Below are positions 30,476 through 49,289 of a stretch of DNA of 64,000 nt, piece by piece (the stretch's first letter is position 1; each line of letters starts with the position of its first letter). The stretch is from Nitrosopumilus sp. (GTDB lineage: Archaea; Thermoproteota; Nitrososphaeria; Nitrososphaerales; Nitrosopumilaceae). A program made the position numbers and the translations under genes. A model generated the notes under the pieces. It ran no database searches. It was not told where the DNA came from and saw nothing but the letters and a program-made list of their open reading frames with translations. The DNA lies in assembly GCA_965197525.1 (NCBI GenBank), contig OZ240211.1, forward strand, positions 320,001-384,000, in the 5' to 3' direction.

Positions 30476-31165
30476 ATGAAAACAGAGTATACGCAGGCCA
30501 TATCGCCAAATGAGCTTGACAGAGCCATGGTATTTGCCCAAGCCTTTACAAGTAAGTTAACGTACAGTGTAAAAAAAGATGCCAAAATGCATGCGGGGTC
30601 TATTTCTACTGCATATGGCAGATTAAGGATTTTAGAGCAGTTTGGGTTAGCCAAAGTCAATCGCGACATATTTACAATAAAATCAGATGTGGTAACCCAG
30701 CCGTTTTCCATCAGGAAAAGGCTATTTGAATCACTGACTGCATTGCAAAATGCAAGACGGTTTGGAAAATACTATAACGAATCTGATGTGAATTTTGCAA
30801 AAAAACATCTGCCAGCAGAGTCTCTGATCACTTTAGATTATGCCGCATGGGAATCAACCCGGTATCAAACACCATCAAAGTTTTTCGTGTACATCAAAGA
30901 TGTAGAAGAGTTTGCAAATTTTTTAATTGGTAATAATTTTCATGAGGGAAGAAATGGAGATGTGATCTTGCTGCCAAAGTTAGGGAATTTCGATAACGTA
31001 CTTGATCGAATATATCTGGACTGTATTGCCAGAGGTGGAAGAAACACATTTGATGGAATTGCATTGGAGCTGCTTTATGGTGATGCCATACAAAACAGGG
31101 GACATTTTCCCGTAGAAGTTATAAAAAAAGTTCAGGAAGACTTGCAAGGGTTGGAGATTGTCTGA
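30476..31165 (+). CDS. Putative type IV toxin-antitoxin antitoxin (AbiEi-like; wHTH plus C-terminal domain)
   Basis: HTH-like N-terminus and ITLDYAAWESTRYQTP..FVY segment; overlaps a nucleotidyltransferase-like fragment. Confidence 0.4.
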   Translation: MKTEYTQAISPNELDRAMVFAQAFTSKLTYSVKKDAKMHAGSISTAYGRLRILEQFGLAKVNRDIFTIKSDVVTQPFSIRKRLFESLTALQNARRFGKYYNESDVNFAKKHLPAESLITLDYAAWESTRYQTPSKFFVYIKDVEEFANFLIGNNFHEGRNGDVILLPKLGNFDNVLDRIYLDCIARGGRNTFDGIALELLYGDAIQNRGHFPVEVIKKVQEDLQGLEIV

Positions 31166-31301
31166 TATAATTGGCGAGGCATGCTCTATTGCCAAAGAGT
31201 TAAAAGATGCTGTAATAATCGGGGCCGTAGCAGTGATGCTGCACACGAAAAGATCACGAACCTCTAATGATGTTGGCGTAGTACTAGAGTGGCGTCATTA
31301 A
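31158..31301 (+). pseudogene. Truncated AbiEii-like nucleotidyltransferase
   Basis: IIGAVAVMLH...RTSNDV motif; the frame runs into the IS630 TIR at 31287. Confidence 0.5.
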
Positions 31302-32369
31302 GTCTTTGTAATTGCTTTTCTGAACATATACTGTTCAATATTCTGATTGAATGTAGCGGTTCTTAGATAATCATTGCGGCTCGTGCACAGTCACTAACAT
31401 GTTCATGGTGTTCATACATGAAAGGTTGAATCTTTAACTGGTGCCAACATTCTTCAATTGCATTAAATTCAGGACATCTTGTAGGCAAATACATTATTCG
31501 CAGTCTAGAACTGTTTGCTTTACAAATTTTTTAAACTTTTTTGTTTTATGTTGGGGTGCTGCATCCATTACAATGGCTACCTTGTCAGATAGTTCCAATA
31601 GTTTTTTGACAAATTTGAGAAACGTTGGACCGTTGAATTTTTTTTCTATAAAAAATATTGATGTGAGTCTGATATTGCACCATAAATTACACGTCTCTGA
31701 TGATCTCCAAAATAAACTCGGAGTATTTGTTGACCCACCGGCGACCATGGACCGCGCTTTGTGACATAGTCATGCATCAATATTGATTCATCCTGCACAT
31801 ACAGCTCAAAACCGTCCCGTTTTACGCATGAAATCCACCATTTCAGGGATTTTTGCCACTCTTCTATCTGTTCACTAGATGCCTTGTTTTTGTGTGCGGA
31901 ATCCGGGTACCTTTGGAGTAAAGTTATGACGACGCAATATGTCACGTATTCCAGATTCGGTGTATTTTACTCCTGTATCTTTTTTTATTTTATGTACAAG
32001 CTGCTTTGGAAAAATACCGTTTTTAACATTTGTAAAAAATTCTGTAATCTTATGATTTGCTATTTTTGGTGGACGTCCGGATCTTGGTTTCTCATACAAT
32101 CCTACAACTCCAAATTCTTTAAATCGCCTAACCCAATTTTTAATTGTGTTGTAGGATTTGTAAAACAGCTGTGCGATTGTTGAAATCGTTTCACCTTCCT
32201 CTACGACATTTAACACTGCAAGCATTCGTTCTTTTGCCTTTGAGTTTAATTCCCTCTTATATACACATATTAATTCCACATTCTGGTTTTCCACGATGGG
32301 CGATAAATGTTTCAAGCTATAAGTGTTTCTAGTGTTTTTGAAAATTGCAAAGACTTTTTGACGTCACTC
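31287..32369 (-). mobile_element. IS630-family insertion sequence with multiply frameshifted transposase
   Basis: 22-bp TIR GAGTGGCGTCATTAAGTCTTTG (31287-31308 / 32348-32369, 19/22) with TA on both flanks. KPRSGRPPK, YVQDES, VMDAAPQH and out-of-frame YLPTRCPEFNAIEECW. Confidence 0.9.
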
Positions 32370-32557
32370 TATCATTGTCATCCCTTTCTTTTCACCTTCT
32401 TTGAGATTCATTTGACAGACCGGAAGCTGCAATCACCTATCAGAGCGTGAAGCCCATGTTCACGCAGGGGTCAGCCTATCACATAGATACTAGGAGAAGA
32501 ATATTACATGTGTTCAGTTACAAATGTATGAATTCGTGCTACTATTATGGTACGTCC

Positions 32558-40369
<7,812 letters not shown>

Positions 40370-40374
40370 ACTCC

Positions 40375-43300
40375 CTACGAGGTGTCCGGGACGCCTCCTG
40401 ACGCCCTTACCATGCTGTCCAGGATGACCGAGTTGTCAGGTGCCCTGTGTTTGTTATCCACACTCATATCATAAGAGCACGCGTACTGCTCGTCTGGATC
40501 TGCGTCGTAGCGGATCATCTGTGCCACAAGGAACTCCCCGTGCTCTTGGCCCTGCGGCGAGCCGGCACTGCCATGGTATATGGAGTTTCTGCCAGCAAGG
40601 ATGTCCCCCTCCCCATCCACATTCCTAGAGTGCCATTTGTCAAAGGATAATGGAGCTGGCGACCCCACACCGGACAGAATCTGGACGGTCTGTTCGTCTC
40701 CATCTGTGAGGATTATGTCCATGAACCACGCCACGGGGGGCGTTATTCCTTCGGCCCTTGCAGCAGAGGGCCCTATGCCGTCCACCCTTGCCAAGCACGA
40801 GATCTCATAGCTGATGCCAGTATCGCCTGTGACTATGGGAGGTAACCCTACAGTCGTCTCCTTAAATGACGAGATCCCATAGCTGATGCCAGTATCGCCT
40901 GCAATAGTCTCAAACGTGGGCGAGGCATAGCTGACATCATATGTTATTGCCGGGACATGTGACGTAAACGAAAAGATGATCGCCGAGATCAGCGAGATGT
41001 CGCAGGTGTGGCTTTTGGTCCGGTCTATATTTGTGGCGCTCAAATGTGCAGTGACGCTGTCGTCTGATTCCAGGCCACTGATCATCAGTACGCCGTCAGT
41101 AAGAGTGATTTGTTCTGTGGCACTGCCTGCCTGGAGAGTGCCACTGCCATCTAGGATCGTTGCACCTTCCGAGTCAGTCATGGTGATACGTGCGGCCCAC
41201 TCGGCAGACAGGTCCGCGCCGATGACTGTCACCCCGCACTCACCGTTGTACGCGCTGCCGGTTCTGGATACCTTGCCCTGGACTTCTGCCTTTGGTATTG
41301 CCTGTCCGAGGCTGATTATTTGGACGCCGTGGCCTAAGTGTGATACGACTGCAGCGTATGTGGTGTCGCCTAACTCAAAGATGTCGATGCCGATGACACC
41401 TTGAAGTAGAAGGGAGTCACTGTTCTCGATTTTACCCAGGAATTCCGGGTTTTCAGGGTCTGAGAGGCGGAGTATCTGGACGCCGTCGTCCCAGAATCCG
41501 GTGACGGCAGCGTATGCGGTGCCGGCTGACTCGAAGGTGGCGATATTCCATGCGCCGTCAAGCTCAAGGTTACTAGTGTTCTCGAGTATGCCTGTGGCTT
41601 GCGGGTCTGTCGGATCTGACAAATCGATTATCTGGATGCCGTCGTCATCAAATGCTGCGACTGCGGCATAGGTGGTACCATCTGAGATGAAGGTTGCTAT
41701 GCCGCGGGCGCCCTCAAGCTCGCTATAGTCGGTAGGGTTTGAGACGGTACTGTCAATCGCGTTGGCAACTGCCTGTGGGTCTGTCGGGTCTGACAGGTCG
41801 ATTATCTGGACGCCGTGACCGGTAAGCGAGGTGGCTGCCGCGTAGAGGGTTGTAATGCCACCACTAGTTGACTCAAAGGTAACGATGCCTTGGACGTCAG
41901 AAAGTATAACGTTGTTGCTTGCTCTGAGGCTGCCTGCGGCTGATGGCATGGTAGGGTCTGACAAATTAATTATCTGGATGCCGCGGGATGATGTGACAGC
42001 AGCGTAGGTGGTACCGCCTGATTCGAAGATGGTAATGGCTTGGGCGCCGTTAAGCGTGTCATAGTCCGTAGGGTTTGAGGTGGTACTTTCAGTCACGCTG
42101 GCAACTGCCTGTGGGTCTGTCGGGTCTGACAGGTCGATTATCTGGACGCCGTGTTCGCCGGCTGATACGACGGCAGCGTAGGTGGTGGCGATACCACCGC
42201 TAGTTGACTCGAAGGTGGCGATGTTGCGGGGGGCGTGAAGCACGCGGTCAGTGTCGTCTGCGATACTGCCTACGGCTGACGGGATGGCAAGGATCGCGCC
42301 GTCCGTATCTGTGAGTCGGAGTATCTGGACGCCGTGGTTATTAGTTGACGTGACAGCCGCGTAGGTGTTGGTGGTGGTGCCGTCAGTTAACTCAAAGGTA
42401 GCAACATCCCATGGGCCATCAAGTAAAACATCGTCGTCATTGGCGATTTGACCTTCGGGTTCCGGACTGGCCAGGCTGACTGTGGAGTAGATGGTGACAA
42501 CAGTGTCATCAGATACAGAATCGGTGCCGTCAGAGACGGTAAGCGTAAAGGTGACAGAGGTGTGGGACACGACTTCGGGGGCAGTAAAGGTGGTGGAGAG
42601 TGCGTCGCTTTCGGCAAGTCGAATTATCTGGACGCCGTTGTCTAGATTTCCGGTGACGGCAGCATATGTGGTGCCGCCTGACTCGAAGGTGGTAATGCCG
42701 TGGGCGCCGTTGAGCCTGTCATAGTCCGTAGGGTTTGAGACAGTGCTGTCAGTCGCGTTGGCAACGGCCTGCGGGTCTGTAGGGTCTGACAGGTCGATTA
42801 TCTGGACGCCGTCGTCGTTGAAAGAGGCGACGGCGGCATAGGCGGTGTGGTTTGAGAAGAAGACGGTGATGTCACCGGCGCCACCAAGTAGAAGGGAGCC
42901 ACCGTCGGCGATTTGGCCTGCGGGTGCGGGGTTTGCCAGGATTGCGCCGTCTGGGTCTGTGAGTTGGAGTATCTGGACGCCATTCGAGGTTACTGCGGCA
43001 TATGTGATGTGGTTTGAGACAAAGGTGGTGATGTAGCTGCTTGCATTAAGCAGGAGCTGATTGGTGTTGACGAGTTTGCCTGCATCAGACGGGGCTGCCG
43101 GGTCTGACAAATCGATTATCTGGACGCCGGCATCGACAGAAGAGGTTACGGCAGCATAGGTGGCATGGTTTGAGACAAAGGTGGCGATGTCCCAGGCGCC
43201 GTCAAGCAAAAGCCCATTGGTGCCTGTGGTGTCGGCGAGTTTGCCTGCATCAGACGGGGCTGCCGGGTCTGACAAATCGATTATCTGGACGCCGTCTTCA

Positions 43301-46300
43301 ACGGTTGAGGTGACGGCAGCATAGGTGGTGCTGCCTGACTCAAAGGTGGCGATGCTGCGTGGATCACTAAGCAGATTGGTGGTGGTGTCGCTTCGGATTC
43401 CTACACTAGACGGGGCTGCCGGGTCTGACAAATCGATTATATTGACGTTGCTGTCACCTGTCGCGGTGGCTGCAACATAGGTCGTTCCGCCTGACTCAAA
43501 GGTGGCTACGTCCCAGACAAAGGAAAGGTCAGTGCTGCTGCTGCCTGCAGCTTCCGGGTTTTCCGGATCTGACAGATCGATTATCTGGACGCCTCCGTCA
43601 GCGGATGATGCAACAGCTGCATAGGTGGTACCACCTGACTCAAAGGTGGCTATGCCGCGGGCGCCATGAAGGAAAATCTCACCAGAGCCTTCGGTGTCCA
43701 CGATGCTGCCTACGGCTTCCGGGTTTTCCGGGCTTGCAGAGTAGATTGGCAGATCCGAGTCGTGCGTCCAGCTGTAGGTCAGCTGTGTGCTGTCAGGGTC
43801 AGAGGCAGTACCGGACAGGGTGACTGTGTCGCCTGCGTCGACTGTATAGGAGGGGCCGGCCTCTGCAGTAGGCGGCTTGTTCACGTGGGTTATGATAACA
43901 GTGATGTCGTCAGAGGCTGACTCGGTGCCATCAGAGGCCTCAAGGGTAAAGGTAACGGTGGTATCAAAGGCAACTTCGGGGGCGGTAAACGTGGTCGTGG
44001 GGATCCTAGAGTCGGCAAGGCCGATTGGCAGGTCCGAGTCGTGCGTCCACCTGTAAACAAGGGTGTTTCCCTCGGGGTCAGAGGCAGTACCGGACAGGGT
44101 GACTGTGTCCCCCTCGTCGACTGTCTGGTCGGGGCCGGCCTCTACTGTCGGCGTGTTGTTGGGAGGGGAGATGGTGTCGCGTATACGGACAGCAACAGAT
44201 TCAGAAGTGGAATCGGCATCAGAGACGGTGAGGGTGAAAGTGATGGTGCGGTCACCGGGAACCTGGGGGGCAGTAAAGGTGGTGGAGAGTGCACTGTTGT
44301 CGGCAATGCTGACTTGCGGACCCGAGTTGCGCTGCCACGCGTAGGTCAGCGTGTGGCCATCAGGGTCAAAGGCACCCCCCGAGAGTATCACCGTGTCGCC
44401 CTCATGGAATGGCGACGGGTGAGGGACGAGTATCTGGACGCCATGCTCGTTGTTCGAGGTTACTGCGACATGGATGGTACCTCCACGCTCGAATGTGGCG
44501 ATCCCCGTGGCACTTTGAAGCAGAGTGGAGTCGTCATCGGTGATTTGGCCCACGGCTTTAGGGCTTGCCGGGTTTGACAAATCAATTATCTGGACGCCTT
44601 TGTCAACGTCTGATGCGACTGCAGCATAGGTGCGGCCGCCTGAGACGAAGATGGTAATGCCGGTAGCACCTTCAAGTTCTTCATAGTCTGTGAGGTTTGT
44701 GTCGGTGCTGTCAGTCACGCTGGCAACAGCAACAGGGCTGGCAGGGTTTGCCAGGCTGATTATCTGGACGCCGTCCTCGACAGATGATGTAACGGCAGCA
44801 TAAGTCGTTCCGCCTGACTCGAAGATGGCGATGTGTTGCGGGACAGTAAGCACACGGGAGTCGTTGTCGGTGATCTTGCCTATGGATGACGGGTTGGCCT
44901 GGATCATGCCGTTTGAGTCTGTTAGTCGGAGCATCTGGATGCCGTTTTCAATTTGCGAGGCTACTGCAGCATAGGTGGTGCCACCCGACTCGAAGGTGGC
45001 GATGGCACTGGGGCCACTAAGTGCACGGTTGCCGGCATCGGCGATCTTGCCTGCAGGTGTGGGGTTTGACGGGTTTGATAAATTAATTATTTGGACGCCT
45101 GCGTCATCGTACGCTGCCACTGCGGCATAGGCGGTGGTGGTATTGCCACTAGTCGCCTCGAAGATGGCGATGTCGTGGGCGCCGTTAAGCTCAAGGGAAC
45201 CGGTATTGGCTAGTTTGCCTGCCGGTATGGGGTTTGCAGGGTCTGCAAGGCTGATTATCTGGACGCCGTCGTTCCCGTATGATGCAACAGCTGCATAGGT
45301 GGTGGTGGTGGTGGTGGTGGTGGTGGTGCCACTAGTTGACTCGAAGGTGGCGATGCCGCGGGCGTCGTCAAGCAGGAGCTCGTCGTCGTCGTTGATCTTG
45401 CCTGCGGCATACGGGCCTGCCAGGTCTGCAAAGCTGACTATCTGGATGCCGTTGTCTCTGTCTGCGGCAACAGCTGCATAGTTGACGCCGTCTGACTTGA
45501 AGGTGGCGATGCCGCTGGCGCCTTTAAGCACGCGGGAGCCGTTGTCGGCTATGCTGCCTGCGGTCTCTATTGTGCCCAGTGCGGCGGCATTGACAGACGG
45601 TGGGGTATTCAGACGGAGTATCTGGACGCCGTTGTCATTGTCTGAGGCGACGGCAGCATATGCAAAGGTGTTGCCACCGCTGGTTGCCTCGAAGATGGCG
45701 ATGCCACGGGCACCGTGAAGCTCACGGGAGCCGTTGTTGGAGATCTTGCCTGCGGGTGCGGGGTTGTCTAGGATCATGCCGTTTGAGCCTGTGAGTTGGA
45801 GTAGCTGGACACCGTTGTCATCACGTGAGGCGACGGCAGCATATGTTGTTCCGCCGGCCTCGAAGATGGCGATGGATTGTGCGCCGTTAAGCTCGCGGTT
45901 GCCGCCGTCAGTGATCTTGCCTGCGGGTGCTGGGTTTGCCAGGATCATGCCGTTTGAGCCTGTGAGTTGGAGTATCTGGACACCGTTGTCATTGTGTGAG
46001 GCGACGGCAGCATATGTTAGGGTATTGACACCGCTGGTTGCCTCGAAGATGGCGATATCCCAGGCGCCGTGAAGCTCAAGGGAACCTGTGTTGGTGATCC
46101 TGCCCGCATCTGACGGGCTTGTCGGGTCTGACAAATCGAGTATCTGGACGCCGGAGAGGGAGGAAGATCTGGATGATGTGACGGCGGCATATGTTATTCC
46201 GCCGGCCTCGAAGGTGTCGATGCCGCGGGGGTTTCGGATCAGGGCATCGTATCTGCCGATCCCGCCTACGTTTTGCAGACTTGACAAGTCTGAGAAGTCG

Positions 46301-47184
46301 ATTATCTGGACGTTATTGCTTCCTTTTCCTGTGAGGGCCGCGTATGTGTTGGCCGTCCCGAAGACGGCAACGTCCCAGGCTTCGTTAAAACTTTGTCCGC
46401 CGGGATCTCTGAGGTGGCCTGCGGCATTCGGGTTTTCCGGGTCTGAGAGGTCGATTATCTGGAGGCCGTCGTCTCTGTACGAGGCGACTGCAGCATAGGT
46501 GGTGCCGCCGGACTCGAATGTGATGATTCCGGTGGCGCCGTTAAGATCACGTCCATCGGCATCGCGTATCTGGCTTACAGCTTGCGGGTTGTTCCGGATC
46601 ACGCCGTTTGAGTCTGTGAGTTTGAGTATCTGGACACCGCCGCCTATGCGGCTATTGTCTCCGAAGTAATCCGTATTGGGGCGGGCTCCGGCCTTGTATG
46701 ATGTGACGGCAGCATAGGTGGTGCCGCCTGACTCAAAGATGGCTACGTCACGGGCCTCCTCAAGACTGACTCCGCCCCTATCACCGATTCTGCCTGCCTC
46801 AAACGGGCTCATGACGCCGGTCACCTGTGCCCATGCATATTCAAGAAAATCAGGAGGGAACACTGCTGTCCAGGCATGGTCTTCTAAAGAGATGGAGCCC
46901 CAGATTCCCCCCAGGAGTATGATTCCAGCAATCAGGAGTATGAGCCTGTTCCCAGAACCCATCCTACGGCCAAGAGTTATTACGGAGCCACCCCCCCCCC
47001 AGTTTATTGATGAATGCTGTGATAATATTGGCAGAGCAGGCGGCATCATTCTGACCTGCTGTTTTTTACTCTCTACAATAGATGGAATTGTACTTTTTTT
47101 GTACGTGTTCACGTCGTACGTAGAAAAATAATTAATGTTCTCAGGATATGTCAAACTTGTGCCTAAATCAGATGATTTTCTCAA
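40375..47184 (-). CDS. Giant surface protein: 28 LVIVD-like blades (4 x 7), 3 PKD/REJ-like domains and a Cys-containing C-terminal region
   Basis: Repeats I..FESGGTTYAAV....GVQI(I/L).L and AGPDQTV..GDTVTLSG. The real start is probably ATG 47049/47046 or 46962. Stops 5 bp before the GTG of the next giant gene. Confidence 0.85.
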   Translation of the reverse strand: MRKSSDLGTSLTYPENINYFSTYDVNTYKKSTIPSIVESKKQQVRMMPPALPILSQHSSINWGGGGSVITLGRRMGSGNRLILLIAGIILLGGIWGSISLEDHAWTAVFPPDFLEYAWAQVTGVMSPFEAGRIGDRGGVSLEEARDVAIFESGGTTYAAVTSYKAGARPNTDYFGDNSRIGGGVQILKLTDSNGVIRNNPQAVSQIRDADGRDLNGATGIITFESGGTTYAAVASYRDDGLQIIDLSDPENPNAAGHLRDPGGQSFNEAWDVAVFGTANTYAALTGKGSNNVQIIDFSDLSSLQNVGGIGRYDALIRNPRGIDTFEAGGITYAAVTSSRSSSLSGVQILDLSDPTSPSDAGRITNTGSLELHGAWDIAIFEATSGVNTLTYAAVASHNDNGVQILQLTGSNGMILANPAPAGKITDGGNRELNGAQSIAIFEAGGTTYAAVASRDDNGVQLLQLTGSNGMILDNPAPAGKISNNGSRELHGARGIAIFEATSGGNTFAYAAVASDNDNGVQILRLNTPPSVNAAALGTIETAGSIADNGSRVLKGASGIATFKSDGVNYAAVAADRDNGIQIVSFADLAGPYAAGKINDDDELLLDDARGIATFESTSGTTTTTTTTTTYAAVASYGNDGVQIISLADPANPIPAGKLANTGSLELNGAHDIAIFEATSGNTTTAYAAVAAYDDAGVQIINLSNPSNPTPAGKIADAGNRALSGPSAIATFESGGTTYAAVASQIENGIQMLRLTDSNGMIQANPSSIGKITDNDSRVLTVPQHIAIFESGGTTYAAVTSSVEDGVQIISLANPASPVAVASVTDSTDTNLTDYEELEGATGITIFVSGGRTYAAVASDVDKGVQIIDLSNPASPKAVGQITDDDSTLLQSATGIATFERGGTIHVAVTSNNEHGVQILVPHPSPFHEGDTVILSGGAFDPDGHTLTYAWQRNSGPQVSIADNSALSTTFTAPQVPGDRTITFTLTVSDADSTSESVAVRIRDTISPPNNTPTVEAGPDQTVDEGDTVTLSGTASDPEGNTLVYRWTHDSDLPIGLADSRIPTTTFTAPEVAFDTTVTFTLEASDGTESASDDITVIITHVNKPPTAEAGPSYTVDAGDTVTLSGTASDPDSTQLTYSWTHDSDLPIYSASPENPEAVGSIVDTEGSGEIFLHGARGIATFESGGTTYAAVASSADGGVQIIDLSDPENPEAAGSSSTDLSFVWDVATFESGGTTYVAATATGDSNVNIIDLSDPAAPSSVGIRSDTTTNLLSDPRSIATFESGSTTYAAVTSTVEDGVQIIDLSDPAAPSDAGKLADTTGTNGLLLDGAWDIATFVSNHATYAAVTSSVDAGVQIIDLSDPAAPSDAGKLVNTNQLLLNASSYITTFVSNHITYAAVTSNGVQILQLTDPDGAILANPAPAGQIADGGSLLLGGAGDITVFFSNHTAYAAVASFNDDGVQIIDLSDPTDPQAVANATDSTVSNPTDYDRLNGAHGITTFESGGTTYAAVTGNLDNGVQIIRLAESDALSTTFTAPEVVSHTSVTFTLTVSDGTDSVSDDTVVTIYSTVSLASPEPEGQIANDDDVLLDGPWDVATFELTDGTTTNTYAAVTSTNNHGVQILRLTDTDGAILAIPSAVGSIADDTDRVLHAPRNIATFESTSGGIATTYAAVVSAGEHGVQIIDLSDPTDPQAVASVTESTTSNPTDYDTLNGAQAITIFESGGTTYAAVTSSRGIQIINLSDPTMPSAAGSLRASNNVILSDVQGIVTFESTSGGITTLYAAATSLTGHGVQIIDLSDPTDPQAVANAIDSTVSNPTDYSELEGARGIATFISDGTTYAAVAAFDDDGIQIIDLSDPTDPQATGILENTSNLELDGAWNIATFESAGTAYAAVTGFWDDGVQILRLSDPENPEFLGKIENSDSLLLQGVIGIDIFELGDTTYAAVVSHLGHGVQIISLGQAIPKAEVQGKVSRTGSAYNGECGVTVIGADLSAEWAARITMTDSEGATILDGSGTLQAGSATEQITLTDGVLMISGLESDDSVTAHLSATNIDRTKSHTCDISLISAIIFSFTSHVPAITYDVSYASPTFETIAGDTGISYGISSFKETTVGLPPIVTGDTGISYEISCLARVDGIGPSAARAEGITPPVAWFMDIILTDGDEQTVQILSGVGSPAPLSFDKWHSRNVDGEGDILAGRNSIYHGSAGSPQGQEHGEFLVAQMIRYDADPDEQYACSYDMSVDNKHRAPDNSVILDSMVRASGGVPDTS

Positions 47185-47809
47185 ACTACGTGAACACGTC
47201 CCCTTTTTTTAATCCACATAACAAAAACACATCAAAAGACATCTGTCCATTCCCCATGATATACAACCAGTAATCCGGCAGTCACTGCACGTGCCATAGC
47301 TGCCAGCGCCACTACTGTCAGGACCTGACAGCCTCCCTTCTTCCCAGACAATCTGAGAGAACCTGTAGCCTGCCAAAGGATGCAGACCATGGCATCAAGC
47401 TTACTTTATTACATTTAATTGAACTGCACATGTTGGTTTTGTTCATAAAACATGCTATAAATTTATATCTAAAAATGGTTCTGTAAAGTTATAGAGACCT
47501 AGATTGAATTTGATTCTGTAACATCTCTGAGACCAAAGTTGTGATTCAGATCTGTTTTGAGTTAGCTGTATGACAGATGATAATCAATCCAACGAAAAAA
47601 CAAAACAATCCAAACTTGATAATCTAGCAGTGGTTGTAGGAGATCAACACTCAGAATCTAAAAAAACCCTCAAGAGATAAACATTCTAAACACAGATAAT
47701 TTGTATCAGACCAGTGTACGGAACCATCTATATTGATCATAAAAGGTTATCTATGTGCGCTCTTTTTAAAGATTTTCTGGATTTTAGTGCGTTGGAATAC
47801 AGCATCAGC

Positions 47810-47985
47810 TAGGAATAGTGTTTCGCCAAGAAGGTGATTGGACACATATCTATACGAGCTCTATCACTCAGTACCATTCTTCATCCATTCATTAGGGTTA
47901 ATAGCAGTTAGGTTCCGAGCATGAAAACTCGCTCCTTTTATCGCGCAAGTCCCTAACCATGATTTCCTGACATTCAGTCATATGC
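47810..47985 (-). ncRNA. Candidate IS110/IS1111-type guide (bridge/seek) RNA downstream of the recombinase
   Basis: Two predicted stem/internal-loop/hairpin domains (47907-47957 and 47814-47878), folded by eye only. Confidence 0.3.
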
Positions 47986-47988
47986 ACT

Positions 47989-49289
47989 TCATTTTTTTGC
48001 GAGTTTTCTTCCATCCTTTACACTTTTCCCATCCTTTACATTCTTCAAGTGCTTTGCCTCTGCATTTCTACGTGATTCTGTGCGTTGTCTTTGACATTCT
48101 GCAAAGGTAATTCGTTTTTTTAACATCCAAAATATAATACGCAACATCTTGGCAGCCGTTGCAACTATGGTCTTGGATGTTCCTCGCTTTCTTGCAACAC
48201 GTTTGTAAAACTCTGTCAGGACAGTTGTCTCTTTTGCATGTATCCCATGTGTAAGTGCGGCTTCTGGGAGAACCCATCGCACCGTCTTGTTGCCTGCATT
48301 GGTTATCTTTCCAAGGTGTATTATTCCTGCAGAGTTTCTCACTGACGGGGCCAGTCCGATGTATGCAACTAGTTTGTCAGGGTTTGAGAATCTGCTTATG
48401 TCATCTATCTCTGATGCGATGGCAAGTGCTGTAAACTTTCCTACTCCAGATATTGACATGAGAATTTGTGCATATTCGCTGTCTTTGACCATGTCGTTTA
48501 TCTTGAGATTGGCCATGCTTATGCGCTCATCAAGGGAGTCTATGCATTTCAAATACTCCTCTATCTTCCAATTCTTCAGTCTGCAACTCCCTGTTAAATG
48601 CAGGTGTAAACGTGGTTCCCGGAATCTTGATTGACTCTTGGAGCAGTATGCCATGATCATGTTCTTTATCTGGGTTCTGTTCTCACCATTCTTGTACGAA
48701 AGTGTATGGACCGTTTTTCCTCGACGGTTTTTGGTGGCGAGACATATGATGCATGGATGTAATCTCCCCTGAGCAGGTCTGCCAGTGCATGCGCATCAAA
48801 CCGTTCTGTCTTCTTTTTGGATTTTGCTATGAGGCGTGTAAGATAGGGGTTTGACATGACCACGTCAAGATCCAGGCCCCTCACGAGTTTTTGGTATACG
48901 CCATACCACACGGATGACGATTCCAACACATATTTGGCATTTTTGAGAAACACTGAAAATTCGTGTTCAATTATCCCAAAGTCGTTTTCAACTCTCTTGT
49001 TCATCAAAAGATTTCCTTCTTGATCTACTGCCGCAGCCTGAAGGAATTTTTTGTGCAGATCCAACCCAAAGAACACTTTTTGTTCTTCCTTGGTTTTTTT
49101 GATCCTTGCAGTGGAGGATTTTGTTGTAGCCATCACCTGCACACCAGATCTCTGTTTCACAACGGTACTCTTTTTGACGGTAATCTGTTTCTTTGCTTTT
49201 CCCGCCTTTTTTACCTTCTTTGCACGAGGTATCTTGGAATCTGCGGGTTTATGCTTTGTACCATCTAAATTACTTTGTCTGCTTTGCAC
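47989..49289 (-). mobile_element. IS110-family recombinase (DEDD) gene, frameshifted
   Basis: FGLDLHK, LESS, KKTERFDAHALA, SISGVGKFTA, YIGLAP and ATAAKMLRIIFWMLK. Frameshift near 48685, with a further compensated pair near 48650 and 48590. Confidence 0.9.

Noticed and set aside
30060-30480. attL/attR duplicate of the tRNA-Leu 3' end
   Set aside because: Only a weak CGCAAA match near 30105 was seen, which is too short to support.
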